A model generated the notes under the pieces. The model searched no databases and had not been told where the DNA came from. It saw only the letters and a list, made by a program, of their open reading frames with translations. This document shows, piece by piece, positions 19,783-28,791 of a stretch of 59,474 nt of DNA. Source of the stretch: a virus (lineage: Duplodnaviria; Caudoviricetes); IMG/VR virus record IMGVR_UViG_3300001352_002199, positions 1 through 59,474 of that record; one strand, written 5' to 3'. The position numbers and the translations under genes were made by a program. How positions within the stretch are numbered: the first letter of the stretch is position 1; each line of letters opens with the position of its first letter.

Positions 19783-20683
19783 TTTTACAATACCTCTCCC
19801 ATAATTTTCTGTCCCAATATGTTCGATCTAAAAATGTTTGGCGAGTCTCTTCTGATAAATAATTAATATCTACTTTGTGTGTGTTGGGGGTTTCGTTTTT
19901 ATCTAAATTTTTCGCAACGACACTTTCCTCAACATCTTTCCTCATAACCCCATAAACTCCATGAAAAACTGAGTCAATTAAATTATCAACTCCACTAATA
20001 TCTTTAATTCTGAAATTTTTTAGGTAAGTATTGTGAGCTAATGTTAAATGATATGGTTCTATTATGACATCTTCACTAAGATCCAATAAACTCCTTAAAA
20101 ACCAACTATCTTCAAGTTCATGAGATTGTATATATTTAAAAAAAGTGGGGGACTTGATTGAACCATGTGTTGGTTCGTGATTACTCGCATCACTACTTAA
20201 GTAATGAAAAAGAGATTGGGCTCTATCAAAAGGATTGCGTAAGACTGTAAAATGCAGTTTATGTTTTAAATTTGACGATTCGCAAATGCGATTTATAGCT
20301 AATCTGGCAGAATTCCAGCCTGGATCCATTGGGTCAATGGAAACAGAAAAGGGTACAATATCTTTGGAAATAATACATTCTATAAAAGTTTCAATATCAA
20401 CATCATCACTACTCATATCTTCTGCAGAGTGCATGCGAAAGTTAGTATTATGTCGATTAATGTCAGTGGGAGTATAATAACAGCAAGTTAATTGCTTTCC
20501 ATCTTCAAGATGTAGTAAGCCCCTACGAATCCGATGAGCTCCCCAACCCTCAATATTTGCACTGCCGTTAAGTAAGTTATATTTCCTGCACAACATCATC
20601 ATCCAACTTAATACATATGTTCCTGCATTTTTAGCAATATGATGAAATACGGGTAAATATTCTGGATCTTTAATTATGCTCAT
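19766..20683 (-). CDS. sulfotransferase-like protein
   Basis: FHHIAKNAGT, LRNPFDRAQSLFHY, terminal D.KLW. Confidence 0.8.
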   Translation of the reverse strand: MSIIKDPEYLPVFHHIAKNAGTYVLSWMMMLCRKYNLLNGSANIEGWGAHRIRRGLLHLEDGKQLTCCYYTPTDINRHNTNFRMHSAEDMSSDDVDIETFIECIISKDIVPFSVSIDPMDPGWNSARLAINRICESSNLKHKLHFTVLRNPFDRAQSLFHYLSSDASNHEPTHGSIKSPTFFKYIQSHELEDSWFLRSLLDLSEDVIIEPYHLTLAHNTYLKNFRIKDISGVDNLIDSVFHGVYGVMRKDVEESVVAKNLDKNETPNTHKVDINYLSEETRQTFLDRTYWDRKLWERYCKNANIT

Positions 20684-21510
20684 TTTTTATGTAAAATGAT
20701 TGTTTGTGGATATTGTTTCTTTGCACTTTCTATACTTGTGTCTGCATCAATAGGTAAAGAAAAGTTGCTAATAATTGGAGAATCTATTAGGTGATTTTGT
20801 GGTTGCAGTGGATCGTGGCAATGCTGGCGACCAAATAATGCACTGTATAATGTATGCATAGCGACATCAAAACTAATAAAACTATTTATTTTATGATTAA
20901 CATTAAATTCAATAAGTTTTTTAGATTCTTGAATGAAAATTTTAAGAAATGGAATATTACGATATAAAGCTATTCCATTTAAGTGACCCGTCCATTCTTC
21001 GTAGATTGGAAGTGTTTGTTTACCTTTGTATGTGCTACCTGCAATTAAGAATTGATTGTTATCGCAATAGTCGATAAGTTTGTCTATCCAGTTATCGGTA
21101 ACCGGTTGAGAATCAACTTCAATTAAAAGATAATCTCTATAATCTAAATCGTAAAAGCGATCAAAAGATTTATAAAATAAATTATTAGGTCCAGTAGAAC
21201 CGCCAAGTTTAGGTGTTGATGAGAGACTTGACTCTCGCATAGCTTGTGGAGTGGTAGCATAAAAATCATCCAATCCAGAAAGATTCAATGTAGATATATA
21301 AACATTATTTAAGTTCTTGAATTTAGTTAAAAAATCTAAACCAGAATATTCTGATAATTTGCCTTTATTGAAAGTTATTTGTAAGTCAATTTTGTATTGA
21401 GAAGAAGCATTGCTTTCAAAGTATTTTCTCAAACATCTCTCTACACTCCCATCGAGATATTCTCTTTGGGTAGACATTAAAAATACTGATAATTTATTTG
21501 TATATTTCAT
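20680..21510 (-). CDS. putative glycosyltransferase-like protein
   Basis: GPNNLF, IEVDS, GS.Y.G, HLNGIALY, FDV, terminal LHKK. Confidence 0.55.
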   Translation of the reverse strand: MKYTNKLSVFLMSTQREYLDGSVERCLRKYFESNASSQYKIDLQITFNKGKLSEYSGLDFLTKFKNLNNVYISTLNLSGLDDFYATTPQAMRESSLSSTPKLGGSTGPNNLFYKSFDRFYDLDYRDYLLIEVDSQPVTDNWIDKLIDYCDNNQFLIAGSTYKGKQTLPIYEEWTGHLNGIALYRNIPFLKIFIQESKKLIEFNVNHKINSFISFDVAMHTLYSALFGRQHCHDPLQPQNHLIDSPIISNFSLPIDADTSIESAKKQYPQTIILHKK

Positions 21511-21764
21511 TTATTTAAACAATTGCAGTTTATATTATGTTTTGAATTATACTTTTTACACTTATTATATAGTCTTTCTTGTAAATAAAGTGGCCAAAAG
21601 AAATAAAAAGCGGCATCATCTTCGTTTCTTAAAGCATTACCCAGTTCTCGAGCATAAAGTTGCTCCCAGTTTCGGTCAACTAGCTTCAGTTTAGTATCTG
21701 AGGGTGTTAGTTGTTTGTGGGGCGTATTGCACCCAACCAATAAAAACAAAAACAAAAACCTCAC
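21507..21764 (-). CDS. small putative lipoprotein
   Basis: MRFLFLFLLVGC lipobox; GTGTA-N9-GTG upstream. Confidence 0.6.
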   Translation of the reverse strand: MRFLFLFLLVGCNTPHKQLTPSDTKLKLVDRNWEQLYARELGNALRNEDDAAFYFFWPLYLQERLYNKCKKYNSKHNINCNCLNK

Positions 21765-21780
21765 ACCATATTATACACTA

Positions 21781-22449
21781 TTAAATTTGATTAATTAATT
21801 CCAATGTTCGAGAATACAAGTGAGGTCGTCGGGAACTACCATGAAAACCAAAAACCTTGTTAATATCTTTATTATATTGATTGTCTTCTTCTAGGGAAAA
21901 TTTAGAAGCTAACTGCTCGGGAGCAAAAGAGAACCCATTGTCGCACAAATAGTTGTAGTGGTCTGTGCAAATAAGCTTATCTTCATTAAAAGAAAAATCT
22001 AAATCTAAATTAGAACAGTATTTCATTAACTTTTTACTTCTTAAACTAAATCCTCCATTGCCTACTCGATTTACCTTGCTCCATGGAGCTTCAGGAAATA
22101 AAGCACCAATATAATCATAATCTAAAAATCTATCACTCCAAAGGTTTGAATTTAAAATAAACCCATCATGTTGAAAAATTAAGCAATATTCAGCATCAAT
22201 ATGCTCATGCAGTCTTGTTAAGACAAATTTACTGTAATCCGCTACAGAGTGTAATTTCGTAGGTATGTATTGAAGTTTTTTATTCTTTGGTAATTTTTGA
22301 ATTTCAGGATAACCCGTAAAAATTTTAATAGAATTAAATTCTATGAATTTCGAGCTATGTTCAGCAATTTTAATTAATAGATTTATTCGATCTAAATTTT
22401 GACTACCATCGGCAGTAATTAGATCTATCGAACTTAGGTTTATGCCCAC
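21781..22449 (-). CDS. DUF5672 glycosyltransferase-like protein
   Basis: FQHDGF, YDYIGA, VGNGGFSLRSKKL, NED, FGFHG. Confidence 0.88.
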   Translation of the reverse strand: MGINLSSIDLITADGSQNLDRINLLIKIAEHSSKFIEFNSIKIFTGYPEIQKLPKNKKLQYIPTKLHSVADYSKFVLTRLHEHIDAEYCLIFQHDGFILNSNLWSDRFLDYDYIGALFPEAPWSKVNRVGNGGFSLRSKKLMKYCSNLDLDFSFNEDKLICTDHYNYLCDNGFSFAPEQLASKFSLEEDNQYNKDINKVFGFHGSSRRPHLYSRTLELINQI

Positions 22450-22673
22450 TACTTATGCAAGTAATATAAGATATGGGCAGCTAATTCTTCTTCATTTATA
22501 ATATCTTGAATCTCAGTATCATCAAATTGACACTTCTCAAATAATTTTTGATACGTCATAGAAAGTTCCATCATTTTATCTTGAGGTAACTTTCGATTTT
22601 TATAGTAATTTTTATAGACATAATTAAATACATCTTTAAATTTTACTTCACTAAATAATTCATTAGTTTTCAT
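22449..22673 (-). CDS. hypothetical protein
   Basis: 74 aa ORF in operon. Confidence 0.5.
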   Translation of the reverse strand: MKTNELFSEVKFKDVFNYVYKNYYKNRKLPQDKMMELSMTYQKLFEKCQFDDTEIQDIINEEELAAHILYYLHK

Positions 22674-22898
22674 TTAATTATATTTTTCGTAAAAAGGAGC
22701 GGTTTGCTGTTGTGTCTTGTTGGATTGTTTGATCACCATGTTTTGACACTCAATTAAAAATAATTGTTTTGAAATAGCTTTGTCTTGAATTTTTATAGTG
22801 TCTTCGAGGTATATATTGTGTTCGTGTTGTTTGTTGGTAAACCAAAGTAAAATACAAATAATTAAAAAGAAAATAACATCTGTTGCATTTAATTTCAT
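22674..22898 (-). CDS. hypothetical membrane-anchored protein
   Basis: N-terminal hydrophobic stretch then coiled coil. Confidence 0.5.
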   Translation of the reverse strand: MKLNATDVIFFLIICILLWFTNKQHEHNIYLEDTIKIQDKAISKQLFLIECQNMVIKQSNKTQQQTAPFYEKYN

Positions 22899-23707
22899 AA
22901 TAGCGCTATATCAAAATCTGCATTAACTGCTCCACCATTTCCATCTGCGCCAACAATTTGAAATATTATATCAGTTTTAGGAGGTAATTCTAATGGAAAC
23001 AATAAAGTTTCTTCATCTGATTGATTTGTTGAACAAGATATAATCTTGCGAGTTCTGAAAACTTTTCCAAATTCGCGTGTTTTAAAATGAATTGTATAAT
23101 TAATAGCAGCAGAAGAAGTGTTTTGAGCAGAACAGTGAAATTTCATTAAGTAGCCAGTATATTCTGCTGGGATTGTATACAAAGCCATTAATGTTTGATT
23201 GTTTTCGGGCATCAGATAAGCATATACATCGCCTTCGCTATTTACTACTGAAATATCTCCAGATAACTCACTAGAGCCGCTATTGTAAGCTCTAAATACC
23301 CTTGACCAAGATCCATTAAGAGCTACATTGGTAGTACCATTCAAGTTGATTGTTTGTTGTTTGGAGGAAAAGTTTTCATCTAAACCGACCACTGTAATTT
23401 CTTGACCTATATCAGCAGGATCTGCAGACACAATGAATAGGGACTCTCCAATATCATCAGGGAAATTGTAATTTGTTTGAAAATCCCAAGCAGTAACAGG
23501 ACTTTCTATTGAAACTTGATTTGGAACATTACTATTAGATCCAAATTTATGAATGTTTGATTTAGCCTGACCTAATATAGAATCATAACTATTTACAGAC
23601 ATAGGAGTCCAATAGCTATTACCATTATCCCACACATAATTATAATTTACATTATGATTGCGGCTCGGAGCCTGTTCGATGTGGGAGTTGTAGTTAGGTT
23701 CAGCCAT
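22895..23707 (-). CDS. putative virion structural protein
   Basis: Beta-rich, N/S/T-rich; HKFG.N, GLDENF, QTLMALYTIPA motifs of a common phage protein; GTGTA-N9 upstream. Confidence 0.55.
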   Translation of the reverse strand: MAEPNYNSHIEQAPSRNHNVNYNYVWDNGNSYWTPMSVNSYDSILGQAKSNIHKFGSNSNVPNQVSIESPVTAWDFQTNYNFPDDIGESLFIVSADPADIGQEITVVGLDENFSSKQQTINLNGTTNVALNGSWSRVFRAYNSGSSELSGDISVVNSEGDVYAYLMPENNQTLMALYTIPAEYTGYLMKFHCSAQNTSSAAINYTIHFKTREFGKVFRTRKIISCSTNQSDEETLLFPLELPPKTDIIFQIVGADGNGGAVNADFDIALL

Positions 23708-23724
23708 AACTATATTTACACTAA

Positions 23725-24399
23725 TTATGCCTTTGCTCTAGATTTTTTTCTTTCTCCACCAAATAAATATTGGATAGACTTATTACCTTGAGTTAGAACC
23801 TCTTTATCACAGTCTTCATTTATGCTTATTTTAATATGAGATTTAATTCTTTCATATATATCACGAATAGAATGAGATATTGCTTGATGAGAAACTCCTA
23901 ACGCTTCACCAAGCTCGTCAAGAGTTTTACCTTGTAGTATAAATGGGAATATATTTTTTTGGCGAGGAGTTAATATTTCGCTGTAATCTAATAACCATTT
24001 AATTATGTTTTCATGTTTATCTGAGACATTTAATTGTGAGAAGTTAGGGTCTTCATCACCTATAGTTTGACATACATAGTCAAAGATAGTTTTAGAACCT
24101 TCATCAGTCTCAACTATGTTATCATTTTTCTTGTCTTGATACTTCTTTTCTTTATAGGAATGTCCACCTCTAGCAGTCCATTTAATGAAATTGCGACAAA
24201 GCATATGAGTAAATTTTTTAAAATCAACATCAGTTGGAAAAACTTTATCAAGCAAACGGTTAATGAAGTAATTATTTACCTCAGAAATTATTTCCTCTAC
24301 AGACAACTTGTGGTGAGGTTTTCTATGCTTACCTACAATTTTAATCATGTCGTCTTGATAATCAGACAACCATTTCATGTTTTGATATTTATTTTCCAT
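23725..24399 (-). CDS. sigma-70-like factor / HTH regulator
   Basis: EEIISEVN...F..F....CRNFI.W (region 2-like); LTPRQK...GKTLDELGEALGVSHQAISH (region 4 HTH); likely start MENKY. Confidence 0.7.
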   Translation of the reverse strand: MENKYQNMKWLSDYQDDMIKIVGKHRKPHHKLSVEEIISEVNNYFINRLLDKVFPTDVDFKKFTHMLCRNFIKWTARGGHSYKEKKYQDKKNDNIVETDEGSKTIFDYVCQTIGDEDPNFSQLNVSDKHENIIKWLLDYSEILTPRQKNIFPFILQGKTLDELGEALGVSHQAISHSIRDIYERIKSHIKISINEDCDKEVLTQGNKSIQYLFGGERKKSRAKA

Positions 24400-25255
24400 A
24401 ATTAAGACACTTTTTGACGGTTTTATAGTCCAACTTGAATGTTGAGCGTATTTTATGAATACTAGCACCTTTGGATCTCATCTCTATGACTTGTGGAGCT
24501 AATCGAGCTATGCGAGCTTGTGACTTTTTTCGCAAAGTAGCTTTCATTTTAGCTACCCTTACACCTTTATAAACTGAGGAAAGATGGAAGCGAGGGCGGG
24601 GTGGAGGGAATTCTTTTGACCAATCAACTTCCACAAATTTTTTTTCCATCAATTTATATAAATATCGAAGTTTAAAACCCATTGACTTCGCAGCTTCAGT
24701 ACGATTGTTATTGTTTAATGATAGATGTAATTGAATTTTTTCTTTTAAAGCTTCACGTTCTGCTTTGGGCCATTCAATCCACTTTCCCTTCCATAGCATG
24801 TAAGGTTTTTCCTCTTTTTTTGCGGTATGAATAGGGCGAATCTTATTACCTTTTTGAAACGCTTTGTTTTTAGCTGGAGGCTTGCCTTTGTTAAATCGAT
24901 TATTGTAACCTTCTGGGCGGGGCTTATGATGCTTAAATAAGTGATTAGCAAAATTAGGGAAAGATGCAGCCTTAATGCATTGCCAATCTTTAATATTTAA
25001 TTTCAACCCACCAATATGAGTATCATGGGCAAACATGAATATCTGCAATGATTTTATTTTGTGCGAAGGATTATCTTCTTTAACTTTTTTTATTAAGATT
25101 TTTTTAGCTAAATCTGCAGACCTGGCTTTAATAATAGTATGATAATCTAATTCGTTGCCATCTCGGCTATGTTCAGTATAGCCAATTTTCCAATACTGGT
25201 CAAATGAGAATTTTGTACGTCGATATTTTAATTGTGAATTATATTTTTTAGGCAT
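24389..25255 (-). CDS. basic DNA-binding protein with Fis-like HTH
   Basis: NNNNRTEAAKSMGFKLRYLYKLMEK; second HTH-like C-terminus. Confidence 0.6.
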   Translation of the reverse strand: MPKKYNSQLKYRRTKFSFDQYWKIGYTEHSRDGNELDYHTIIKARSADLAKKILIKKVKEDNPSHKIKSLQIFMFAHDTHIGGLKLNIKDWQCIKAASFPNFANHLFKHHKPRPEGYNNRFNKGKPPAKNKAFQKGNKIRPIHTAKKEEKPYMLWKGKWIEWPKAEREALKEKIQLHLSLNNNNRTEAAKSMGFKLRYLYKLMEKKFVEVDWSKEFPPPRPRFHLSSVYKGVRVAKMKATLRKKSQARIARLAPQVIEMRSKGASIHKIRSTFKLDYKTVKKCLNYGK

Positions 25256-25264
25256 AATTCGTTT

Positions 25265-25293
25265 ATTTTAACACGAGAAGATTAAATAGTCAA
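25265..25293 (-). promoter_or_regulatory. sigma70-type promoter
   Basis: TTGACT-N17-TAAAAT with TG extension; ATG 9 nt downstream. Confidence 0.7.
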
Positions 25294-25294
25294 G

Positions 25295-25462
25295 CTATTT
25301 CCATTTGCAATAATTAGGATCTTCTCTTCTTTTTCGCCTCATGTATTCGCGTTTTTGGATGCGACGTTTTTCCTTATTATCCTCTTCATACTTTTCTCTA
25401 GCCTTTTTTATGGCTGCTTCACCCTTTGGGGTTTTTTTATATTTTGATTGTCTATCGTCCAC
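25295..25462 (-). CDS. small basic hypothetical protein
   Basis: Below cutoff; GTG start MDDRQSKYKKTPKGEAAIKKAREKY...REYMRRKREEDPNYCKWK*. Confidence 0.6.
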   Translation of the reverse strand: MDDRQSKYKKTPKGEAAIKKAREKYEEDNKEKRRIQKREYMRRKRREDPNYCKWK

Positions 25463-25491
25463 TGTAAGTCAAAGTCTTCTCGGAAATTTTT
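25453..25491. repeat. direct repeat, copy 1 (copy 2 at 26338-26378)
   Basis: Exact 15-mer TATCGTCCACTGTAA plus a similar CTCnGAAA(A)TTTTT tail. Confidence 0.6.
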
Positions 25492-25493
25492 CT

Positions 25494-26075
25494 TTACATA
25501 ACCTGCTCAAATTTCGGTAGAGACTGTATGAGGTGAGATAAGAAAGGAAAGATGTGAGAATCACAACCCTCTAATTTGTCAGAACCAAAAGTAGGCCAAT
25601 TGATATTATACTTAACGTACTTTTTCATTCTAACAGATTGCTTATGCTCTTCATGATTGGCAGGTTTGATGCCCTCCCTGCAAACAGAAACTAAAGTACC
25701 TCCGTTCATATTAATCCATTGAGCTTCATTTTCATACCTCACATCAGTAACAAATACATAATCACCTTCATTTAAATGATGAATAACCCTGGGCTGAACT
25801 TTTTCTATCCAACAATTTTGATTTAAATGGCGGCGAATATGAGTGCCGTACGTGACAAGAAGTGGGCGGATCAACTCTTTATCTTGATCTTCCTCAGTAA
25901 ATGCTGAAATACCAGTATGAGTTGTTAGTAATTCATTTAATTCATTTTTTAATGCATCTGCAAAAGCTATGCGGGCAGAAGAATGTCCTTCTTTAGCTAA
26001 AAAATTAGCAGCACGTTGATAAAAAGTATCTTTGCCTGACCGGGCAAAGCCTGTAATTCCAATTAATTTTTTCAT
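25494..26075 (-). CDS. deoxynucleoside monophosphate kinase
   Basis: GITGFARSGKDT, FADALK, R.LL..YGT, TDVRYENE. Confidence 0.88.
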   Translation of the reverse strand: MKKLIGITGFARSGKDTFYQRAANFLAKEGHSSARIAFADALKNELNELLTTHTGISAFTEEDQDKELIRPLLVTYGTHIRRHLNQNCWIEKVQPRVIHHLNEGDYVFVTDVRYENEAQWINMNGGTLVSVCREGIKPANHEEHKQSVRMKKYVKYNINWPTFGSDKLEGCDSHIFPFLSHLIQSLPKFEQVM

Positions 26076-26080
26076 ATTTT

Positions 26081-26293
26081 TTATTCTAGTTCTATATCTG
26101 ATTCAAAATCTTCATTGCCCTCATTGGACAACTCAACTACTTTTTCTTGGAGAGCTCCAATGATAGTGATAGTATTAATGTCATATTCATCTATATATCT
26201 ATATATAAGGTTCTCTAGATCGAACCTAAAAGAATCCGTTTGTTCGTTGTAGTCTCTGGGGCCAGAGATAAATAAATCATCGTCTTTGGGCAT
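26081..26293 (-). CDS. hypothetical acidic protein
   Basis: Likely start MPKDD (ORF open to 26347). Confidence 0.55.
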   Translation of the reverse strand: MPKDDDLFISGPRDYNEQTDSFRFDLENLIYRYIDEYDINTITIIGALQEKVVELSNEGNEDFESDIELE

Positions 26294-26337
26294 AATATTA
26301 TTATAATTATTAAAAGTATTTTTTTCTAGTAAATGTA

Positions 26338-26378
26338 TATCGTCCACTGTAATTTAATTTTGCTCCGAAAATTTTTTT
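26338..26378. repeat. direct repeat, copy 2
   Basis: TATCGTCCACTGTAA...CTCCGAAAATTTTT. Confidence 0.6.
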
Positions 26379-26380
26379 CG

Positions 26381-27109
26381 CTAATACTGTCTTACGACAT
26401 CTAAAACAGAAGGTTTGAATTTCAAACAAACCGCGCCTCTTCCACCCCACGAATTATTCTCTGGGAGAATTTCTTTGTCGCGAATGTGTTGATTGATTTT
26501 ACTAAAATTTTGAATAGATATATATTGATTATGGCCAACTAATAAGTGGATATAATAATCATTATCTTTAATAGATTGATATTCTGGATTTTTCCCTCCA
26601 CGAAGTGTTAATTTTTGACTACGCAAAAAAGAATTATTAGCTTTAATATGTATATCAATCGGTTTAGATCCTGCGACTACTCGAAGGTCGGGTTTGCGAG
26701 TAATTAGTCTTCCTGGCTTAGTATAAATCTCGCGTTTATTACTGTCAGAATTAAATTCTGAACTAATTATGTTGATTTTGTAATCTGGGTATAGCTTTGA
26801 TAACTTTTTAGCATGTAGAGCTTCTTTCAATGTGCCATTAACTTGATCCGCTAAATAAGTGTGAGGAGAACGCTTGTTTCGATTACCTGTACTACCGAAT
26901 AATCTATTGCAAAGATTTAAAAATCTATCATCAGGCTCCCTGAGTAAAGATATACAAGCAAACCAATCGTAAACCTCAATAGGGGGTCGAGAATTTGGCC
27001 CCTCTTTGATGTCTATATTATCTCTAATCCATTCGCAGATATTACAGCCAAATGACTTTTCAAATTCATCTTTAAACGATTGAAAGTTTTCATGCATAAA
27101 TTTATTCAT
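26381..27109 (-). CDS. putative restriction endonuclease (PD-(D/E)XK-like)
   Basis: KPDL...IDIHIK motif; ATGA overlap with the C5 methyltransferase. Confidence 0.5.
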   Translation of the reverse strand: MNKFMHENFQSFKDEFEKSFGCNICEWIRDNIDIKEGPNSRPPIEVYDWFACISLLREPDDRFLNLCNRLFGSTGNRNKRSPHTYLADQVNGTLKEALHAKKLSKLYPDYKINIISSEFNSDSNKREIYTKPGRLITRKPDLRVVAGSKPIDIHIKANNSFLRSQKLTLRGGKNPEYQSIKDNDYYIHLLVGHNQYISIQNFSKINQHIRDKEILPENNSWGGRGAVCLKFKPSVLDVVRQY

Positions 27110-28443
27110 AATGTAAATTCTAACTGTTTTACTGTTTGTTTAGATGGAGTATTGATGTGTTTTAATTCCGAAAAGATAGCTAATGATACTTTAGGTAAAA
27201 ATAACTCACCTAAAACCTTGCGTATAAAGCTGGGATGATAGTCATAGCCAAACTTACCACTCTTAAATTTAAATTTAGTGTCGTCTGTAATTTCATGAGC
27301 AAAACTATCCAATAAGTCTGGCGGTAATCCACAAACAAGTAATACTTCTCTAATAGTTAAAACTCTAGCGTCAGAAAAAGTACCGTCAGAATTTGATCTT
27401 CCTGGATGCACATTATTCTGGCTGGAGATGGATCCATTAGTCATTGTGACAGTAGGAGCAGGCTTATCCCAAGACATCCTCTTATAAGCCGTAGTGAAAC
27501 CATACACTTCCCGCTTTAAGGAGTGATTTGGAGGTATTTCTGCAAACATTTTTAATTTTCCATCAATACTTTTAGTGGTAATGTTTGCGTTGCCAATATT
27601 TCCATCTTTATCTATAATTACGGGCGGATTGGTGTGCCAACCTACATCGCCATTCTTGATTAAATCTTCAATGGTTTCGTTGGATTCATTTTTTATAATT
27701 TTAGTAGGGTAATGATCTCCTTTATTGAAGTATGCACTTTTACCAGAAGGAGTATTACTCATCCAGTCTATGTGATGGGGATTATGCTTAGAACTGAAGT
27801 GCCATTTAAGGTTAGATGAGGATTGAGCTTCTATACTATCTAAATAACCGATAGAGCTTTCAAGGGTAACAGTTTCATTCTTATCTTTGGGAAATCTCCA
27901 TTCTCCGTTTTTAGATATTAATGTAATTGAGCGCTTTCTCTCTTGTGGAGTATTGAAATATTTTCCATCAACGACTTGAGTGATACATTTAAAACCTTCG
28001 GGAATTACCTCTTCGATATAATCTATGATTTTAATTTGACCATAATCTGGATGATAAATATATGTGTTTGGCATATTGGTTACATTCTCAATCAACATAT
28101 AATTCGCTTCAACAGCTTTAAATACGTCCATAGCATGCACTATGAGTGTGTTTCTGGGGTCGTTGGACTCTTTGGTAGCATTAGCTAGACTCATGCCTTG
28201 ACAGGGTGGGGTAGCTAAAACAATATCTATCGGGCCAACTTCTTTGCATGCATTAATTATTTTTGACTGTACGCTATTGTCTCCAATGTCGCCGCAAATA
28301 ACATTTTGAGCGTCGGGGTAAAGAGTTTTGTAAAAATCAACACGATCCTGCAATAACTCATTAGCAACAACTACATTAAAGTTGTTTTGCTTGAGATAAT
28401 ATTCACCAAAACCCACATTAGAAAATAGAGATAATATATTCAT
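27106..28443 (-). CDS. dcm: DNA (cytosine-5)-methyltransferase
   Basis: LFSNVG (motif I variant), PPCQG (IV), ENV (VI), PQERKR (VIII), HP...RVLTIRE. Confidence 0.93.
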   Translation of the reverse strand: MNILSLFSNVGFGEYYLKQNNFNVVVANELLQDRVDFYKTLYPDAQNVICGDIGDNSVQSKIINACKEVGPIDIVLATPPCQGMSLANATKESNDPRNTLIVHAMDVFKAVEANYMLIENVTNMPNTYIYHPDYGQIKIIDYIEEVIPEGFKCITQVVDGKYFNTPQERKRSITLISKNGEWRFPKDKNETVTLESSIGYLDSIEAQSSSNLKWHFSSKHNPHHIDWMSNTPSGKSAYFNKGDHYPTKIIKNESNETIEDLIKNGDVGWHTNPPVIIDKDGNIGNANITTKSIDGKLKMFAEIPPNHSLKREVYGFTTAYKRMSWDKPAPTVTMTNGSISSQNNVHPGRSNSDGTFSDARVLTIREVLLVCGLPPDLLDSFAHEITDDTKFKFKSGKFGYDYHPSFIRKVLGELFLPKVSLAIFSELKHINTPSKQTVKQLEFTL

Positions 28444-28445
28444 AC

Positions 28446-28487
28446 AAAAAAAAGAGGAGAGACGACCATTATAGTCGACTCTCCCCT
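28446..28487 (-). terminator. intrinsic terminator hairpin
   Basis: AGGGGAGAGTCGAC-TATAATG-GTCGTCTCTCCTCT followed by a T-run, after the porin operon. Confidence 0.75.
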
Positions 28488-28496
28488 TAAAGTCAA
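28468..28496 (-). promoter_or_regulatory. sigma70-type promoter for the methyltransferase, embedded in the terminator
   Basis: TTGACT-N17-TATAAT; the -10 is the hairpin loop. Confidence 0.7.
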
Positions 28497-28509
28497 GAGT
28501 AAATATTAC

Positions 28510-28770
28510 TTACTTACCCTTGGAGCATTGGCCTCCGTCACAATTAAGTTTACCGATCAAAGCTACTACAAGAACCAGAGTCACAAAAGAAGTGAATCCA
28601 GCTCCAGCTCCAACAAATCCAGCAAGCAAAGCTTCGAGATTGCCGATGACGTTAACAGGAGCCGCAGCTCCAAATACAGCTTGAACGACAATAAGTAGAC
28701 CAAGGACACTAAGTAATGTAGCAGCAATACCTTTTACTGCACACGTGATGTTTTCTAATGTTTGTTTCAT
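28510..28770 (-). CDS. small two-TM membrane protein
   Basis: Two hydrophobic helices; VNVIGNL linker. Confidence 0.7.
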   Translation of the reverse strand: MKQTLENITCAVKGIAATLLSVLGLLIVVQAVFGAAAPVNVIGNLEALLAGFVGAGAGFTSFVTLVLVVALIGKLNCDGGQCSKGK

Positions 28771-28791
28771 AATTATAATTAGGGGGTTAAG

